DNA of 63,999 nucleotides, counting the filler, from Chlamydiia bacterium (GTDB taxonomy: Bacteria > Chlamydiota > Chlamydiia > Chlamydiales > FEN-1388): assembly GCA_903848235.1 (NCBI GenBank). It is 9 parts of 9 records of this genome, joined end to end, with 100 filler letters (N's around TTAATTAATTAA, not from the genome) between each part and the next. Parts side by side here need not be neighbours in the genome. Positions count along the whole stretch, not along the records: positions 28,749 to 50,043 come from CAINFV010000045.1; 8 more parts are not named here. The stretch is one strand, 5' to 3'. The translations under genes were made by a program, and so were the position numbers. Below are positions 38,960 to 49,359 of the stretch, in pieces. Under the pieces are notes generated by a model, which had not been told where the DNA came from, did not search any database, and was given only the letters and a program-made list of their open reading frames with translations. Every line of letters starts with the position of its first letter. Within the stretch, counting starts at the first letter, position 1.

Positions 38960-39694
38960 ATGTACTGTATGTATTTTTCTGAGGTGGTGATTCCGGTTGT
39001 TGACCTACGTGCAGATCCTACGGCAGAGCCACTGATGGTGCGAGGCCATGATCGCCGAAGGCACACACAGCTTCTCGCTGGTCAGTGTGTGCATGTGTTG
39101 GGCTCATCGAATGGATGGTGTGACGTTGAGGTTCCTGAGCAGATGATTGGCCATGCGCAGGGAATTCCTCGCCCCTACCGAGGATTTGTTCCAGAAGAGG
39201 CGCTGCGTCATCAAAATCACTGTTCATGCCGCTCTTCCCATGTGTCACCGTGGTCTGCTGATACCGGAAATTGCTTGTGCCAAAAAGCTCGAAGCTACTT
39301 GACGCAACCCTATCTGTGGGGGGGATTGAGCTGTCACAATCCTTTGTGCCAGCAGCCGCAAACGGGACCAGACTGCTCAGGCCTTGTCTGGTTAGCCTAT
39401 CAAGAGATAGGGCTGCTCATTCCTCGGAATGCCGCCGATCAGTGTGCCATAGGCCGCCGTGCCGCCTTTTCTGAATTGCGGTTAGGAGATCTTGTATTCA
39501 CGGCACCCTCTGGCGGAAATGTGAATCATGTGCTCATCTATGCAGGCCCGACAGTGATAGAGGCTACGGCTCGTGATGGGGCTGTTGTTCGGGAGATTCT
39601 TCCTGAAAAACGATTTGGTTTCCCGTTTTCCTCCTGTATGGACGGGGACAACATCAATGATACTCAATTCTTCTTTCGCGGGTATCTATCCTAA
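38960..39694 (+). CDS. NlpC/P60 (C40) peptidase with an SH3-like N-terminus
   Basis: PYLWGG, DCSGLV, IPRNA, GDLVF, HVLIY. Confidence 0.9.
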   Translation: MYCMYFSEVVIPVVDLRADPTAEPLMVRGHDRRRHTQLLAGQCVHVLGSSNGWCDVEVPEQMIGHAQGIPRPYRGFVPEEALRHQNHCSCRSSHVSPWSADTGNCLCQKARSYLTQPYLWGGLSCHNPLCQQPQTGPDCSGLVWLAYQEIGLLIPRNAADQCAIGRRAAFSELRLGDLVFTAPSGGNVNHVLIYAGPTVIEATARDGAVVREILPEKRFGFPFSSCMDGDNINDTQFFFRGYLS

Positions 39695-39802
39695 TCGGCC
39701 TAAGCTTCTGACGTGGCAAAAATATTTGGGAATTGGAATTGAGCTTTAGACAAGTATTCTATATAATTAGCATGATTATTCATTGATATTGAGAGATATT
39801 TC

Positions 39803-41164
39803 ATGATTCGCGAAGCATTTCACCTGCTCGGGCAGACGGAAGACTTTTTGTGGGGATATATCGGATTTCCCATCGTCGTTCTCCTGGGGATTTATCTCTC
39901 ATGGAAATCGCGATGCGTCCAGCTTCGACGGTTTCCTGCCATTTTCCGAAATTTCGTTTCTGCTTTTTCACGCCAGGAAGGTGATTCTCCAACGGCACTC
40001 CATCCTATTCGAGCTTTTTTTGCTTCTATTGGCGGTAGCTTAGGGATCGGCAACGTTGTATGTGTGGCTGCAGCAGTGAAGCTTGGTGGGCCCGGAACTA
40101 TCGTATGGATTTGGATGACGGCGATCATCGGCGCTCTTATCAAATATTCGGAAGTATATATAGGCATGTCACGGCGGCGGGTTGGCCCTGATGGCAACTC
40201 CCGTGGCGGCCCCATGTATTTTTTAAAAGATGCTTTTGGCGTCTCCTGGCCAGCAACGCTATTCTGTCTGCTGATCTGTATGTATAGTGTCGAGATTTAT
40301 CAGTTTGGTGTCGTAGCGTCAGTGACATCCCAGGCAATGGGAGTAAGCAAATGGGTGAGTGCTAGTGCTTTACTGTTGATCATCGTCCTTGTGGAGAGGG
40401 GAGGCTTTCGTCGAATAGGTCTTATTGCGAGCATCCTCGTTCCCTGTGTCGTAGCAATATATGTGGCAATGGGATCCTATGTGCTACTCGCCAATCTAGA
40501 GCGTCTTCCAGCAGTCTTCATGGATATCATTCACTCTGCTTTCACAGCACGTGCTGCAGAAGGGGGTTTTGTGGGAAGTACGTGTCTGCTAGCGATGTCG
40601 CACGGCGTGCGGCGGGGATGCTATAGCTCTGACATTGGGGTTGGGTATGCATCGATCATCCATAGTGCAAGCTCTGCGACAACACCTGCTAAACAGGCAA
40701 GCCTTCTTATTTTCGAAGTGTTCATGGATACGTTTTTTGTCTGTACGATGAGCGTACTCTTAGTGCTTGTCACTGGGACGTGGACAGAAGACATTGATTC
40801 TCTGCTCTTAGTACAAGCGTCATTGGGCAAGTACTTTCCTCATATGGACATTTTCATGCCATTTTTCTTGTCGTTGCTAGGCTATTCGGTGATTATCACC
40901 TACTTTTCGACCGGTATGTATACGATGCGGTATTTGTTCCCGGGATGGGGGCCTCGATTGTACTATGTTTATGCCGTTGCGGCGTTCTTGACCTTTTCCT
41001 TTGTTGAGAATGGTCAGGCGATTTCCATCATGTCGTTCGTTGGGTTCTTTTTACTCGTTCTCAATGCAGCCGGGATTTGGAAGCTTCGTCATACCGTTTC
41101 CTTTGACATGGCACAGGAGGATCACCCGATGTCTGCAGCAGCGCCAGAAATCGCAGCCTCGTAA
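39803..41164 (+). CDS. Alanine/glycine:cation symporter family protein
   Basis: GIGNV, GGPGTIVWIW, KYSE, GGPMY, RGCYSSDIGVG. Confidence 0.92.
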   Translation: MIREAFHLLGQTEDFLWGYIGFPIVVLLGIYLSWKSRCVQLRRFPAIFRNFVSAFSRQEGDSPTALHPIRAFFASIGGSLGIGNVVCVAAAVKLGGPGTIVWIWMTAIIGALIKYSEVYIGMSRRRVGPDGNSRGGPMYFLKDAFGVSWPATLFCLLICMYSVEIYQFGVVASVTSQAMGVSKWVSASALLLIIVLVERGGFRRIGLIASILVPCVVAIYVAMGSYVLLANLERLPAVFMDIIHSAFTARAAEGGFVGSTCLLAMSHGVRRGCYSSDIGVGYASIIHSASSATTPAKQASLLIFEVFMDTFFVCTMSVLLVLVTGTWTEDIDSLLLVQASLGKYFPHMDIFMPFFLSLLGYSVIITYFSTGMYTMRYLFPGWGPRLYYVYAVAAFLTFSFVENGQAISIMSFVGFFLLVLNAAGIWKLRHTVSFDMAQEDHPMSAAAPEIAAS

Positions 41165-41257
41165 AATTTTTTTTGCGCATTTTTTAGCATTGAGGATAGG
41201 TGGTTATTTGTGATACTACCTCAGTCTAAGAACGGTTTTTTGTAGGGCTTTTTTTTC

Positions 41258-42715
41258 ATGCGTATTCTTCAGGTCGCTTCTGAAATCACACCGATTGCCA
41301 AGGTCGGAGGACTTGGGGATGTTCTTATGGGACTTTCCCATGAGCTGTCATGGAAAGGCCATGAAACGTTAGCGCTGATTCCTTTTTATGGGTTGATTGA
41401 TACAGAGCAACTTATCCCTGAAGGCCGTGTCGATTGGTTTGATACAGAATTTGACAAGGTAAAACAGCGAGCTTGTGTCACCTATTATCACACTCACAAT
41501 AACATCTCAATTGGCCTCCTAGATACAGCATCAGGATACTTTAGGAATCGTCAGACGATTTATGGCGATGGAGATGGCATAGCAAGCTTTCTCTTTTTCT
41601 GCCGCGCTGTTGCAAACTGGCTGTTGACAACGCAACGGCAGATAGAGATTCTCCATGTGCATGACTGGCCGACGGCCCTTCTTCCGTCGATCTATCAGAT
41701 TCTCTCACGAGGGAAGGCTCCTTTTAAATCAGTCCTGACAATCCACAACTTTGAGTACCAAGGAAGGTGTGATTGGAGTGACATCAGAAGGGCGGGGATC
41801 GACCCTCTCGATTTCTCAGACCCCTCGATTCTCAACGACCCTATCCACTCCTGCGCGAACCTCGTGAAGGCAGGGCTGCTCTCCGCTGATGTGGTAACAA
41901 CGGTCTCTCCTACCTATGCTCGTGAGATGGTAACTCCTGAAGAAGGCCAAGGATTGCATACGATTCTTGCAGGACTAGGAAAGAAATTTGTAGGGATATT
42001 AAACGGCATTGACTATGCCTTTTGGAATCCCGAGATCGATACCTATCTGTCCAAGCGCTATAGCGGGTCCCAAGAGATGGAAGCGGTTCGCGCTGCAAAG
42101 CTACAGAACAAAGCACGTCTCTTTTTTCAGATTGATGTGCCATTGCTTCCAGATGTCCCGCTGATCGCATCCATCACCCGTCTTGTCAAGCAGAAGGGGA
42201 TTTATCTCATTCGTGATCTGTTTGCCCAGGCTGAGGAGTTAAACGTCCAGTGTCTTGTCTTAGGATCTGTTCCCGAACCTGATGCAAAGCAGGCATTTGC
42301 TGAGCTAGACAGGGATCTGCGGCGAAAAGGACGAGGGGCTGTCTTCCTCATGAGTGATGAGGCTTTTGCACACCGTGTCTATGCCGCGTCTGATATTTTC
42401 GTAGTCCCTTCGCTCTTCGAGCCGTGTGGGTTAACGCAGCTTATTGCTTTAAAATACGGGTCTATCCCTGTAGTTCGAAAGACAGGAGGCCTTGCTGATA
42501 CCATTGTGGATGTCGAAGAGAGCCGCCCGACGTCAAATGGCTTTGTATTTCAGTCCGCACAATCCACTTCTTTTACAACAGCTGTTACTCGTTCTGTTGA
42601 TCTCTTCAAGAATAAGGTGGCATGGGATGCGCTGATGCTGCGCGCTATGAGGCAAGATTTCAGCTGGAATATCCCAGGAAATCAGTATGTCTCCCTGTAT
42701 CAAAGTGTGCTCTGA
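41258..42715 (+). CDS. glgA: Glycogen synthase
   Basis: KVGGLGDV, HVHDW, TIHNFEYQG, TVSPTYA, PSLFEPCGLTQ, TGGLADT. Confidence 0.96.
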   Translation: MRILQVASEITPIAKVGGLGDVLMGLSHELSWKGHETLALIPFYGLIDTEQLIPEGRVDWFDTEFDKVKQRACVTYYHTHNNISIGLLDTASGYFRNRQTIYGDGDGIASFLFFCRAVANWLLTTQRQIEILHVHDWPTALLPSIYQILSRGKAPFKSVLTIHNFEYQGRCDWSDIRRAGIDPLDFSDPSILNDPIHSCANLVKAGLLSADVVTTVSPTYAREMVTPEEGQGLHTILAGLGKKFVGILNGIDYAFWNPEIDTYLSKRYSGSQEMEAVRAAKLQNKARLFFQIDVPLLPDVPLIASITRLVKQKGIYLIRDLFAQAEELNVQCLVLGSVPEPDAKQAFAELDRDLRRKGRGAVFLMSDEAFAHRVYAASDIFVVPSLFEPCGLTQLIALKYGSIPVVRKTGGLADTIVDVEESRPTSNGFVFQSAQSTSFTTAVTRSVDLFKNKVAWDALMLRAMRQDFSWNIPGNQYVSLYQSVL

Positions 42716-44196
42716 GAACCTGCTATCAGAGTGATATTCACCGGAATAGGAAGTCGTTCTCCGAGAAGAGTATCATGGAGCTTTTGGACGAAGAGCCCCG
42801 TCTGTTCCATAGGAGCGTGCCGGACGACAAGTTCTATGTGGTTGCCCCCATAGTGTGCCCATGAGGAGAGGACGCCAGGAAGATTTTTAGTACTCTCTTC
42901 ACATTGTTTGACCATCGATAAAAAAAGCGGCTCAGCGGTGTGACGAATACCGGGAAGCTCAGCAGAAAGACGATCGCAAATAGGAATAAGGCGTGCTTCA
43001 TCGGTACGTGGAGCTTCTTCTCCATGGTGAGAGGCGACGGCATTGGCAATGTCGCCGTCTACACCCCATTTTTCTAAAAAGGTCTTTCCGGCAAGAGCGT
43101 GGCTGTTACCCCATTCTGTGGAGAGCCCCTTTCCAATATCATGAAAGAGCCCCATCGCCTTTGCTGTCTCACTCTTCAGGCCTAGTTCTTCAGCGAGTAT
43201 TCCCATCATCTCGGCGACTTCTATCGAGTGTTTGAGGACATTTTGCCCTGCACTGGATCGGAAGTTGAGCTGCCCTAATGTGAAGACGATGTCATGAGGA
43301 AGTGCTTTCTGATATCCACAAGATCGAAGGGCGTTCCGTCCCTGTTCTTCAACAGTGTGAGAAAAAGAAGACAGCGCTTTCTCATGGGCCATGCGGATCG
43401 TCACCGGCGTTACTTTTTCATCTTCAATGAGGCGTTCGATGGTCATCTTTGCAATACAGCGCGCTTTTCCATCGTGGGCACTGATAAGGATGCGAGGAAC
43501 CTGTTCTTCGATGATGAACGAGACTTGAAGGAGATCTTCAAGTGTTTGAATGTTACGTCCGTCTTTGCCAATACAGCGGGGGATGAAAGATCGATCTTTG
43601 AGGGGGACTTCCGTCAGAAACGTATCCTTGGAGAGGGTTTGCGTCTTTCGTTCGAGAGCAGAAAGGAGAAGGCTGACGGATCGGGAGTGACATTCGCTTG
43701 CAAAGCACCGCTGCCAGTTATCTGTCTGCCGTTCAATTTCAAGGCGAGTTTCATCTTTAGCCTTTTGAAGGATAGCAGAGCGTGCTTCGTCGTATGATAG
43801 CCGTGCGGTTTGCTCCAGAGTTGCTATCATCTGCTGGCGAGCTGATGCAAGGGCTCGTTCTTGGTCCTGAAGTTCTTTTTGTAATGACAGTAAGCGTGAT
43901 TGTTCTTTTCTACAGCGATCGGCGTCATCGCGAAGCTTCTGGCTCTGGCTTTTGAGGGCCTGCTCTTGCGACTGAAGACGAAACCGATCTTCTTGCATCT
44001 GTTGTTCATGCTGATTTTGGATGACGTTCTGCTCTAGGGAGAACGCTGCTTTTTCCTGCTCTGCTTTACTCTCTGCCTGACGAACGATAAAGAGCGCATG
44101 CTGCCGAAAAGATCCTAGACGAATCATGTAGAAAACCCAGAATAGAAGCGCTCCAACAGCACCTCCAAGAACAGAGCTAAAGAGAGAATATTCCAT
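42700..44196 (-). CDS. rny: Ribonuclease Y-like protein (TM, coiled coil, KH, HD), divergent
   Basis: N-terminal TM; IGKDGRNI; GQNVLKHSIEVA, LFHDIGK, SHA, ASHH, CDRLSA..PG.R. Confidence 0.85.
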   Translation of the reverse strand: MEYSLFSSVLGGAVGALLFWVFYMIRLGSFRQHALFIVRQAESKAEQEKAAFSLEQNVIQNQHEQQMQEDRFRLQSQEQALKSQSQKLRDDADRCRKEQSRLLSLQKELQDQERALASARQQMIATLEQTARLSYDEARSAILQKAKDETRLEIERQTDNWQRCFASECHSRSVSLLLSALERKTQTLSKDTFLTEVPLKDRSFIPRCIGKDGRNIQTLEDLLQVSFIIEEQVPRILISAHDGKARCIAKMTIERLIEDEKVTPVTIRMAHEKALSSFSHTVEEQGRNALRSCGYQKALPHDIVFTLGQLNFRSSAGQNVLKHSIEVAEMMGILAEELGLKSETAKAMGLFHDIGKGLSTEWGNSHALAGKTFLEKWGVDGDIANAVASHHGEEAPRTDEARLIPICDRLSAELPGIRHTAEPLFLSMVKQCEESTKNLPGVLSSWAHYGGNHIELVVRHAPMEQTGLFVQKLHDTLLGERLPIPVNITLIAGSQSTL

Positions 44197-44249
44197 AGAT
44201 TCGGCTGCTTGATGGTTCTTGGGTTATCCTAATGGGGTCTGTTACTAGC

Positions 44250-45614
44250 CTAGCTATCCTCTTCTGATGAGGAGTCTCCTTCTTTCGTTCTAGCTACAGG
44301 GGTGATCTGTACCTTTTCTACCATTCTATCATTGCTCTTGAGAATTTCGATCTCAAAGTTATCGTGATGGAGCACAAGTCCTGCTTGAGGAATTGACCCT
44401 ACGCGGTAGAAAACATATCCAGCAAGTGTGTCATAGTCCTCTTCTTGAGGAATTTTGACACCAAGCTCCTCTTCAACGTCTAGAAGGTTCATCCGAGCAT
44501 CGACAATCCATCCTCCTCCAGGAGCTGGGGAGAAAAGTGCCTCTTGTTCGTCGTATTCATCAGAAATCTCGCCGACGATTTCTTCTAAAATGTCTTCGAT
44601 GGTGACAAGGCCAGCTGTTCCGCCATATTCATCGACCACAACAGCAATATGGGTTTGTCTTTTTTTAAATTCCTGTAGAAGAGATGCAATTTTTTTCGTC
44701 TCTGGGCAGTAAAAAACTTTTTTTACAAGCGTCTTTACGGGAGCAGAAAGGAGGCTCTCACGCTCAGGCCCTGCATCAGCGGCAGCAGCATACTTTGAGA
44801 GGACGTCCTTATAAAATAACACACCAACAATCGTATCTATCGTATCTCGATAGACAGGGACACGGCTGTAGCCTTCGCGTTGCAGAAGCTCAGCGGCTTG
44901 GTGAAGACTCAGATTTTCGGGGATGCAAAAGAGGCCGACGCGTGGCCGCATGATCTCACGAGCTATCCTATTTCGATAATTGAGAACAGATTGGAGCAGT
45001 CGCTTGTCATTTTCTGACCATGTCCCTTCCATTCCTCCGAACAATTCAAGAAGCTGTTCTTGCGGCTCACTGAACGTGGAGAACGTTGCTTGCGGAGCGG
45101 CGAACTTGTACAAACGGCAGGCTAAGAAAGTTAGAGGGGAGATAAAAAAGAGAAAAAGACCTGCAGGACGCTGTGAGAAGCGGAGAAGAGAATTCGGTGA
45201 GAGAAAAGCCCATGTTCTAGGAAGAAGGTCAGTAAATATGATGGTGCTAGCAAAGAGGAAGAAAAAGAAAGCGATGAGTTGAAAAACTGTCGAGGGCTCT
45301 GTCCAGGCGTACGATTGAAAGAACTCTGCTAATGAGAGAGCGTTGAGAAGGCAGGCGCTATAAAAGATGATGTAGAGAGCTTCGAAGATATTTCGCGCGC
45401 AAGAGACGCAAAATAGGAATCCATTCATCCCATCGTTTTTGCATAATCTACAGTGAAGCTTCCAAAAAAAGGGGGGTGAATTTTGAAGCATGGTAGAAAC
45501 GCTTCTTCGCTGTAACTGGGCGACAAAAGCGAGTGCGCTGACGAAAAAAAGGCCGACTAAGCTAGCTGCAGCTAAGAGGGCGAAAAGTAGGGTCTTGGGT
45601 TCTTGAGTCATCAT
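44250..45614 (-). CDS. CNNM/CBS/CorC (hemolysin-family) membrane protein
   Basis: AREIMRPR, YSRVPVY, VVDEYGGTAGLVTIEDILEEIVGEISDEYD. Confidence 0.92.
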   Translation of the reverse strand: MMTQEPKTLLFALLAAASLVGLFFVSALAFVAQLQRRSVSTMLQNSPPFFWKLHCRLCKNDGMNGFLFCVSCARNIFEALYIIFYSACLLNALSLAEFFQSYAWTEPSTVFQLIAFFFFLFASTIIFTDLLPRTWAFLSPNSLLRFSQRPAGLFLFFISPLTFLACRLYKFAAPQATFSTFSEPQEQLLELFGGMEGTWSENDKRLLQSVLNYRNRIAREIMRPRVGLFCIPENLSLHQAAELLQREGYSRVPVYRDTIDTIVGVLFYKDVLSKYAAAADAGPERESLLSAPVKTLVKKVFYCPETKKIASLLQEFKKRQTHIAVVVDEYGGTAGLVTIEDILEEIVGEISDEYDEQEALFSPAPGGGWIVDARMNLLDVEEELGVKIPQEEDYDTLAGYVFYRVGSIPQAGLVLHHDNFEIEILKSNDRMVEKVQITPVARTKEGDSSSEEDS

Positions 45615-45649
45615 ATATTGAAAAAATATCTAAAATAAAGAATTCATCG

Positions 45650-46249
45650 CTACTGAAGAATAGCACGTTTAGCAGTTTCTTGACTCAATAATTTCCTATG
45701 GATAGCGCCCGAAAGAGAGATTCCTCTCTTTTGAAGGCGTGCCATGGCGCTTCGTTCGCGGCGTCTCATGAGCGATCTGCTGGCAGGATCAATGTCATCA
45801 TATCCCAGAAGGTGGAGCATGCCATGAACGATGTACAGTGTGACCTCGCTCCAGAAGAGCGCTTCTATCGCCGCTTTTGTGCTTAAAGTGGCTTTCATGT
45901 CCTCTTTTGCTACGGCAGCGAGTGCATAGCGAAGTGCGGTGAGAGGGCAAACGAATATATCACCCAGGTGCCGTGTTTCACCTTCTTTTGCCTGCTCGTC
46001 GAGAGGAAAGCTCATACAGTCTGTAGATGATGCGTCGTGGAAAAACTTCTTGTGGTAGAGGCGCATAGCCCTGTCGCCAAGGAAATGAATGCTGACAGTA
46101 GAGGCGTGTTCGGATTCGTTCTCAAGTACTGTCAGGACAATCTTTTGAATACATTCTGCTGGCGCGTTGAATGAGACCTCTCGTTGACGATTGATAACAT
46201 CAACGTGGCATTGAGAAGATGGAAAAAGAGGGCGTTTTTTCATAAACAA
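45650..46249 (-). CDS. ybeY: rRNA maturation endoribonuclease YbeY
   Basis: TDCMSF, LGDIFV, HGMLHLLGYDD (third His replaced by Asp). Confidence 0.9.
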   Translation of the reverse strand: MFMKKRPLFPSSQCHVDVINRQREVSFNAPAECIQKIVLTVLENESEHASTVSIHFLGDRAMRLYHKKFFHDASSTDCMSFPLDEQAKEGETRHLGDIFVCPLTALRYALAAVAKEDMKATLSTKAAIEALFWSEVTLYIVHGMLHLLGYDDIDPASRSLMRRRERSAMARLQKRGISLSGAIHRKLLSQETAKRAILQ

Positions 46250-46349
46250 GGAAAAAAACGAGGGGGGAGGAAAAACAAAAAAGTTGCAATTTTTGACCCT
46301 TCAAAAAGAAGACAAAAATTGCAACTATTCATCAAATAGGTCCAAAGCA

Positions 46350-46505
46350 TTAGGTAGCTAACGTTTTTGGAAGACCAGTGACGCGATTAGCGCCCTCTTT
46401 CCAGCGACCTAATTTTTTCAAAGCGTCAATTCTTTCATAGCGCTTTAACACACTACGTTTTTTGACGTTTTTATTCGAACGACCGAAGCTTGAGTGACGA
46501 GACAT
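46350..46505 (-). CDS. PVC-superphylum small basic signature protein (51 aa)
   Basis: MSRHSSF...KRSVLKRYERI..LK..GRW......VTGLPK. Confidence 0.88.
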   Translation of the reverse strand: MSRHSSFGRSNKNVKKRSVLKRYERIDALKKLGRWKEGANRVTGLPKTLAT

Positions 46506-46515
46506 AGTGTTACAC

Positions 46516-46677
46516 CTACCGTATCTTCGGAATAAAGGCCAATATAGCCTGGTCGCCACTAAGAGCATTCACATGGAGATTTCTCGATGTTTGCTTTGAG
46601 GGGGCTTTTGGACCAGGAGCAGATGGCCGTTTAAAACTAACATGCCGCTTGCGTTCCGGCTTACTCATGCGAACCAT
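46516..46677 (-). CDS. Small basic protein (53 aa) upstream of the PVC signature gene
   Basis: GAAGGA RBS; MVRMSK..RKR start; operon position. Confidence 0.6.
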   Translation of the reverse strand: MVRMSKPERKRHVSFKRPSAPGPKAPSKQTSRNLHVNALSGDQAILAFIPKIR

Positions 46678-47432
46678 AGCATTTCCTTCTTTCCTGTTTT
46701 GTGAGCGATGATACTCCAAACACGAAATAGGCTCAACTGAGAAAAATCGGGATCAGCAGTTTTATTGGGTTTTCAGGTTGAAGGATGGTTGTGAGATTGA
46801 AAATCATCACATTCACTCGTGAAGGAGATCAAAGTGGATTGAAGCTCATTGAGGCTACATAGATTGAAGGGTGGAATTTTGCATACATTTGCATACAAAT
46901 ATTGTATCAGTGTTGGAGTGTGCAAAATTTGCAGTTGATAATACGGCCTTACAAGCATAGGAGAATTTCCGAGGCTGAGTCGAGAGACAGAAATTAATTT
47001 ATTTCAGAAGAGTTCCGATGCCGCTACTTTCAATTTGCGAAATATTCCTCACGAATGGTAAAAATGTGCAACTTTTGCTTAAAAAATCGACGGATTGACC
47101 GAATTTTTACTATGCTGAGTCTCAGATTTAAAAAAAGTCGTTGTTTGGGCGAATTTTTTTTTGCGCCTCTCAGACTTCTCTGGGAGCTTTTTTGCAAAAC
47201 ATACACAAGAGCTATTGCATTGTTTTTATAATTGTGTATTGTAGTAAGTATGGCGAGAGGCTCGGTTTAGGTCTTTTTTCGCCGAAAATTTCTCCCGCGC
47301 TCATTATTGAGGCGAACCGCCTGTGCGAGGGGAGATGACAGGTTGCGAGGTTTGTACTTGATAAAAATTCTCGCGGGAAGTTAGAGGTTAAGTTGAGACC
47401 TTTAAAAACGCACTTGAAAGGAGTTTGTCGTT

Positions 47433-48368
47433 ATGAAGCGTTTTATTTCGTTGTTAGCTCTGGTTGTCTTACCTGCTTTAGCCTGGTCGGCTGATGCGGT
47501 TACGCAACAGAGTTCAGGGTATGCGGATAAAGTGAAGTCATGTGTGTGCATGACTCCAACGAATCCACGAGATGAGTGCATGCTTTCCCGAATCGACTTA
47601 GGTGTCGATTTTGGAAGATTGCCAAGCCGTCTTGTAAAAAAAGACAAGAAGTATGATCTGTGGAGTATCAATACAATCCAACCTATCTACCGTAGCGATG
47701 ACATGCACAATACCCTCTTAGGGTTCTTGGGCATTGGCTCCGCTAAATGGAAGAAAGGTGCATGGAATATTGGTACTGGATATCGTCATCTGACAGCTTC
47801 TGCTGATCACATGTTCGGTGTCGGTGTATCCTACCGCCATTTTGATCTGCGTCATCTGCATTTCCGTGGGCCACAAGCCTACGTTGAATGGCTCACCCAA
47901 TACACGACCTTAACGTTAGGGCGTGCATGGTACAGGATGCATGTTTCAGAACATGCTCAAAGGAATTTCCTCAAAGATAAACACAATCTTGATGTGACTT
48001 CCCTTGACCTTGCGTTCCAATTCCCCGGACTTCCATGGACCCAAGTATTAGTTGGCAGATCATGGTTCCAAGAGAAAATTGGCCGCAAATGCTTCAAGTC
48101 TTTCCACGGCAATTCATTCAAGAAGCTTGACTACGGTCTGCGCTTCAATATTTTCGGCTGCTTGGCATTAGAAGGCGGCTACCTCGGTGGCTGGGGCAAC
48201 GGCGCATTCGTACGCCTTATCCTCAACATCGGGCGCCCAGCTTCTAACGAGTACACACTTGCTGATGGAATCCTTGGCAACGAAGTATTCACGCCAAGAG
48301 ATCTGAAGAATTACACCTTGGCTCCTGTAGCTCGTGAAAGAATCGACTCAATCGCTCAGATTAAGTAA
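47433..48368 (+). CDS. Outer-membrane protein made only of an inverse-autotransporter (intimin/invasin-like) beta domain
   Basis: Signal peptide; TIQPI, NIGTGYRHL, MFGVG and terminal LAPVAR..I patterns; AAAGGAG RBS. Confidence 0.7.
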   Translation: MKRFISLLALVVLPALAWSADAVTQQSSGYADKVKSCVCMTPTNPRDECMLSRIDLGVDFGRLPSRLVKKDKKYDLWSINTIQPIYRSDDMHNTLLGFLGIGSAKWKKGAWNIGTGYRHLTASADHMFGVGVSYRHFDLRHLHFRGPQAYVEWLTQYTTLTLGRAWYRMHVSEHAQRNFLKDKHNLDVTSLDLAFQFPGLPWTQVLVGRSWFQEKIGRKCFKSFHGNSFKKLDYGLRFNIFGCLALEGGYLGGWGNGAFVRLILNIGRPASNEYTLADGILGNEVFTPRDLKNYTLAPVARERIDSIAQIK

Positions 48369-48410
48369 TCTGATCCGATTGTGCGTGATTCTTAAAAAGG
48401 ACTCGCTTTA

Positions 48411-48441
48411 GCTCCCCTGGGGTAACCTTGGGGAGCTTTTT
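48411..48441 (+). terminator. Rho-independent terminator
   Basis: AGCTCCCC.GGG...CCT.GGGGAGCT followed by a T run. Confidence 0.7.
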
Positions 48442-48784
48442 CATGTCTATAGTGGCTTTTTCTCAATCCTCAAACCGATTCTTGAACAAGAACCGGTATA
48501 TCTCCTCTCACCAACATTTCCCTGTTCGTCTTCACTCATGATAAGCACGTGCTCGACATTCCAAGTTTTTGGACCCTCTCTTCGAGGGAGAAGCAAACCA
48601 CAGCGTAATGAATTTTGAAGGAATGGATATTTTTTCCCTTTCTGAGAAATTCATTTAGCTGTGGGAAGCTTCTCAACGAAAATGGGTCCAAAAAATTTGC
48701 AATGTCGAGTACGTAGTGTTTTGGGCTTTCTGGCTTGATTCCATGAAGATTTTTGCGGTTGTCTTGCAATGTTGTGTATTTTGA

Positions 48785-48811
48785 AAAAAGCCCCCTTATA
48801 AAAGGGGGCTT
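48785..48811 (-). terminator. Rho-independent terminator for 48853-49359
   Basis: AAAAAAGCCCCCTT-ATAA-AAGGGGGCTT. Confidence 0.7.
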
Positions 48812-48852
48812 AACACGTTACTGGAAAGAATTCTTCTGAATGTGATGCAGGC

Positions 48853-49359
48853 CTATTTTCCCATAGGCTGAATGGCTTGGGTGTAATCTTTGGCAAAGGC
48901 TTGCGTCATCACTGTGACGGTGTCTAGAACTTCTTTTTTAAGTTCTTCTGGCCTGCATGAGAGAAGAGATGCTTGGGACCATGTTGTAGCCTGGAAGAGA
49001 GATCGATTACGAATGAGCATGGCTTCTTCCAGTAAATTGAGCTGAAAGAAGGTGGCGAGGTCTAAGCCTACTTGCAGAGTTCGTATTCGCAAGACTAATA
49101 CAGGCTGGGAAATCCCTTCATTGAACGTGACCCCGGCAGCGTCTAGTTCATGGACGATGACATCCTTGATCTCGTCAGAGTTAAATCCTGCCTGTGTTTG
49201 CTCGTCTGAGAGAAGATCAATTTTTATATTCACCTCTCGTGCCAACACCTGCCGTGTTGTGGACGTTGTCATAGAAGCCGGTTGTGGCTGTTCTTGTGCT
49301 GTGAATGCCAAAAAGGGGACTAGAAGGCACGTTCCAAAAAGCATAATACGTTTCATCAT
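48853..49359 (-). CDS. Secreted hypothetical protein
   Basis: Signal peptide (M)MKRIMLFGTCLLVPFLAFTA; followed by a terminator. Confidence 0.75.
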   Translation of the reverse strand: MMKRIMLFGTCLLVPFLAFTAQEQPQPASMTTSTTRQVLAREVNIKIDLLSDEQTQAGFNSDEIKDVIVHELDAAGVTFNEGISQPVLVLRIRTLQVGLDLATFFQLNLLEEAMLIRNRSLFQATTWSQASLLSCRPEELKKEVLDTVTVMTQAFAKDYTQAIQPMGK

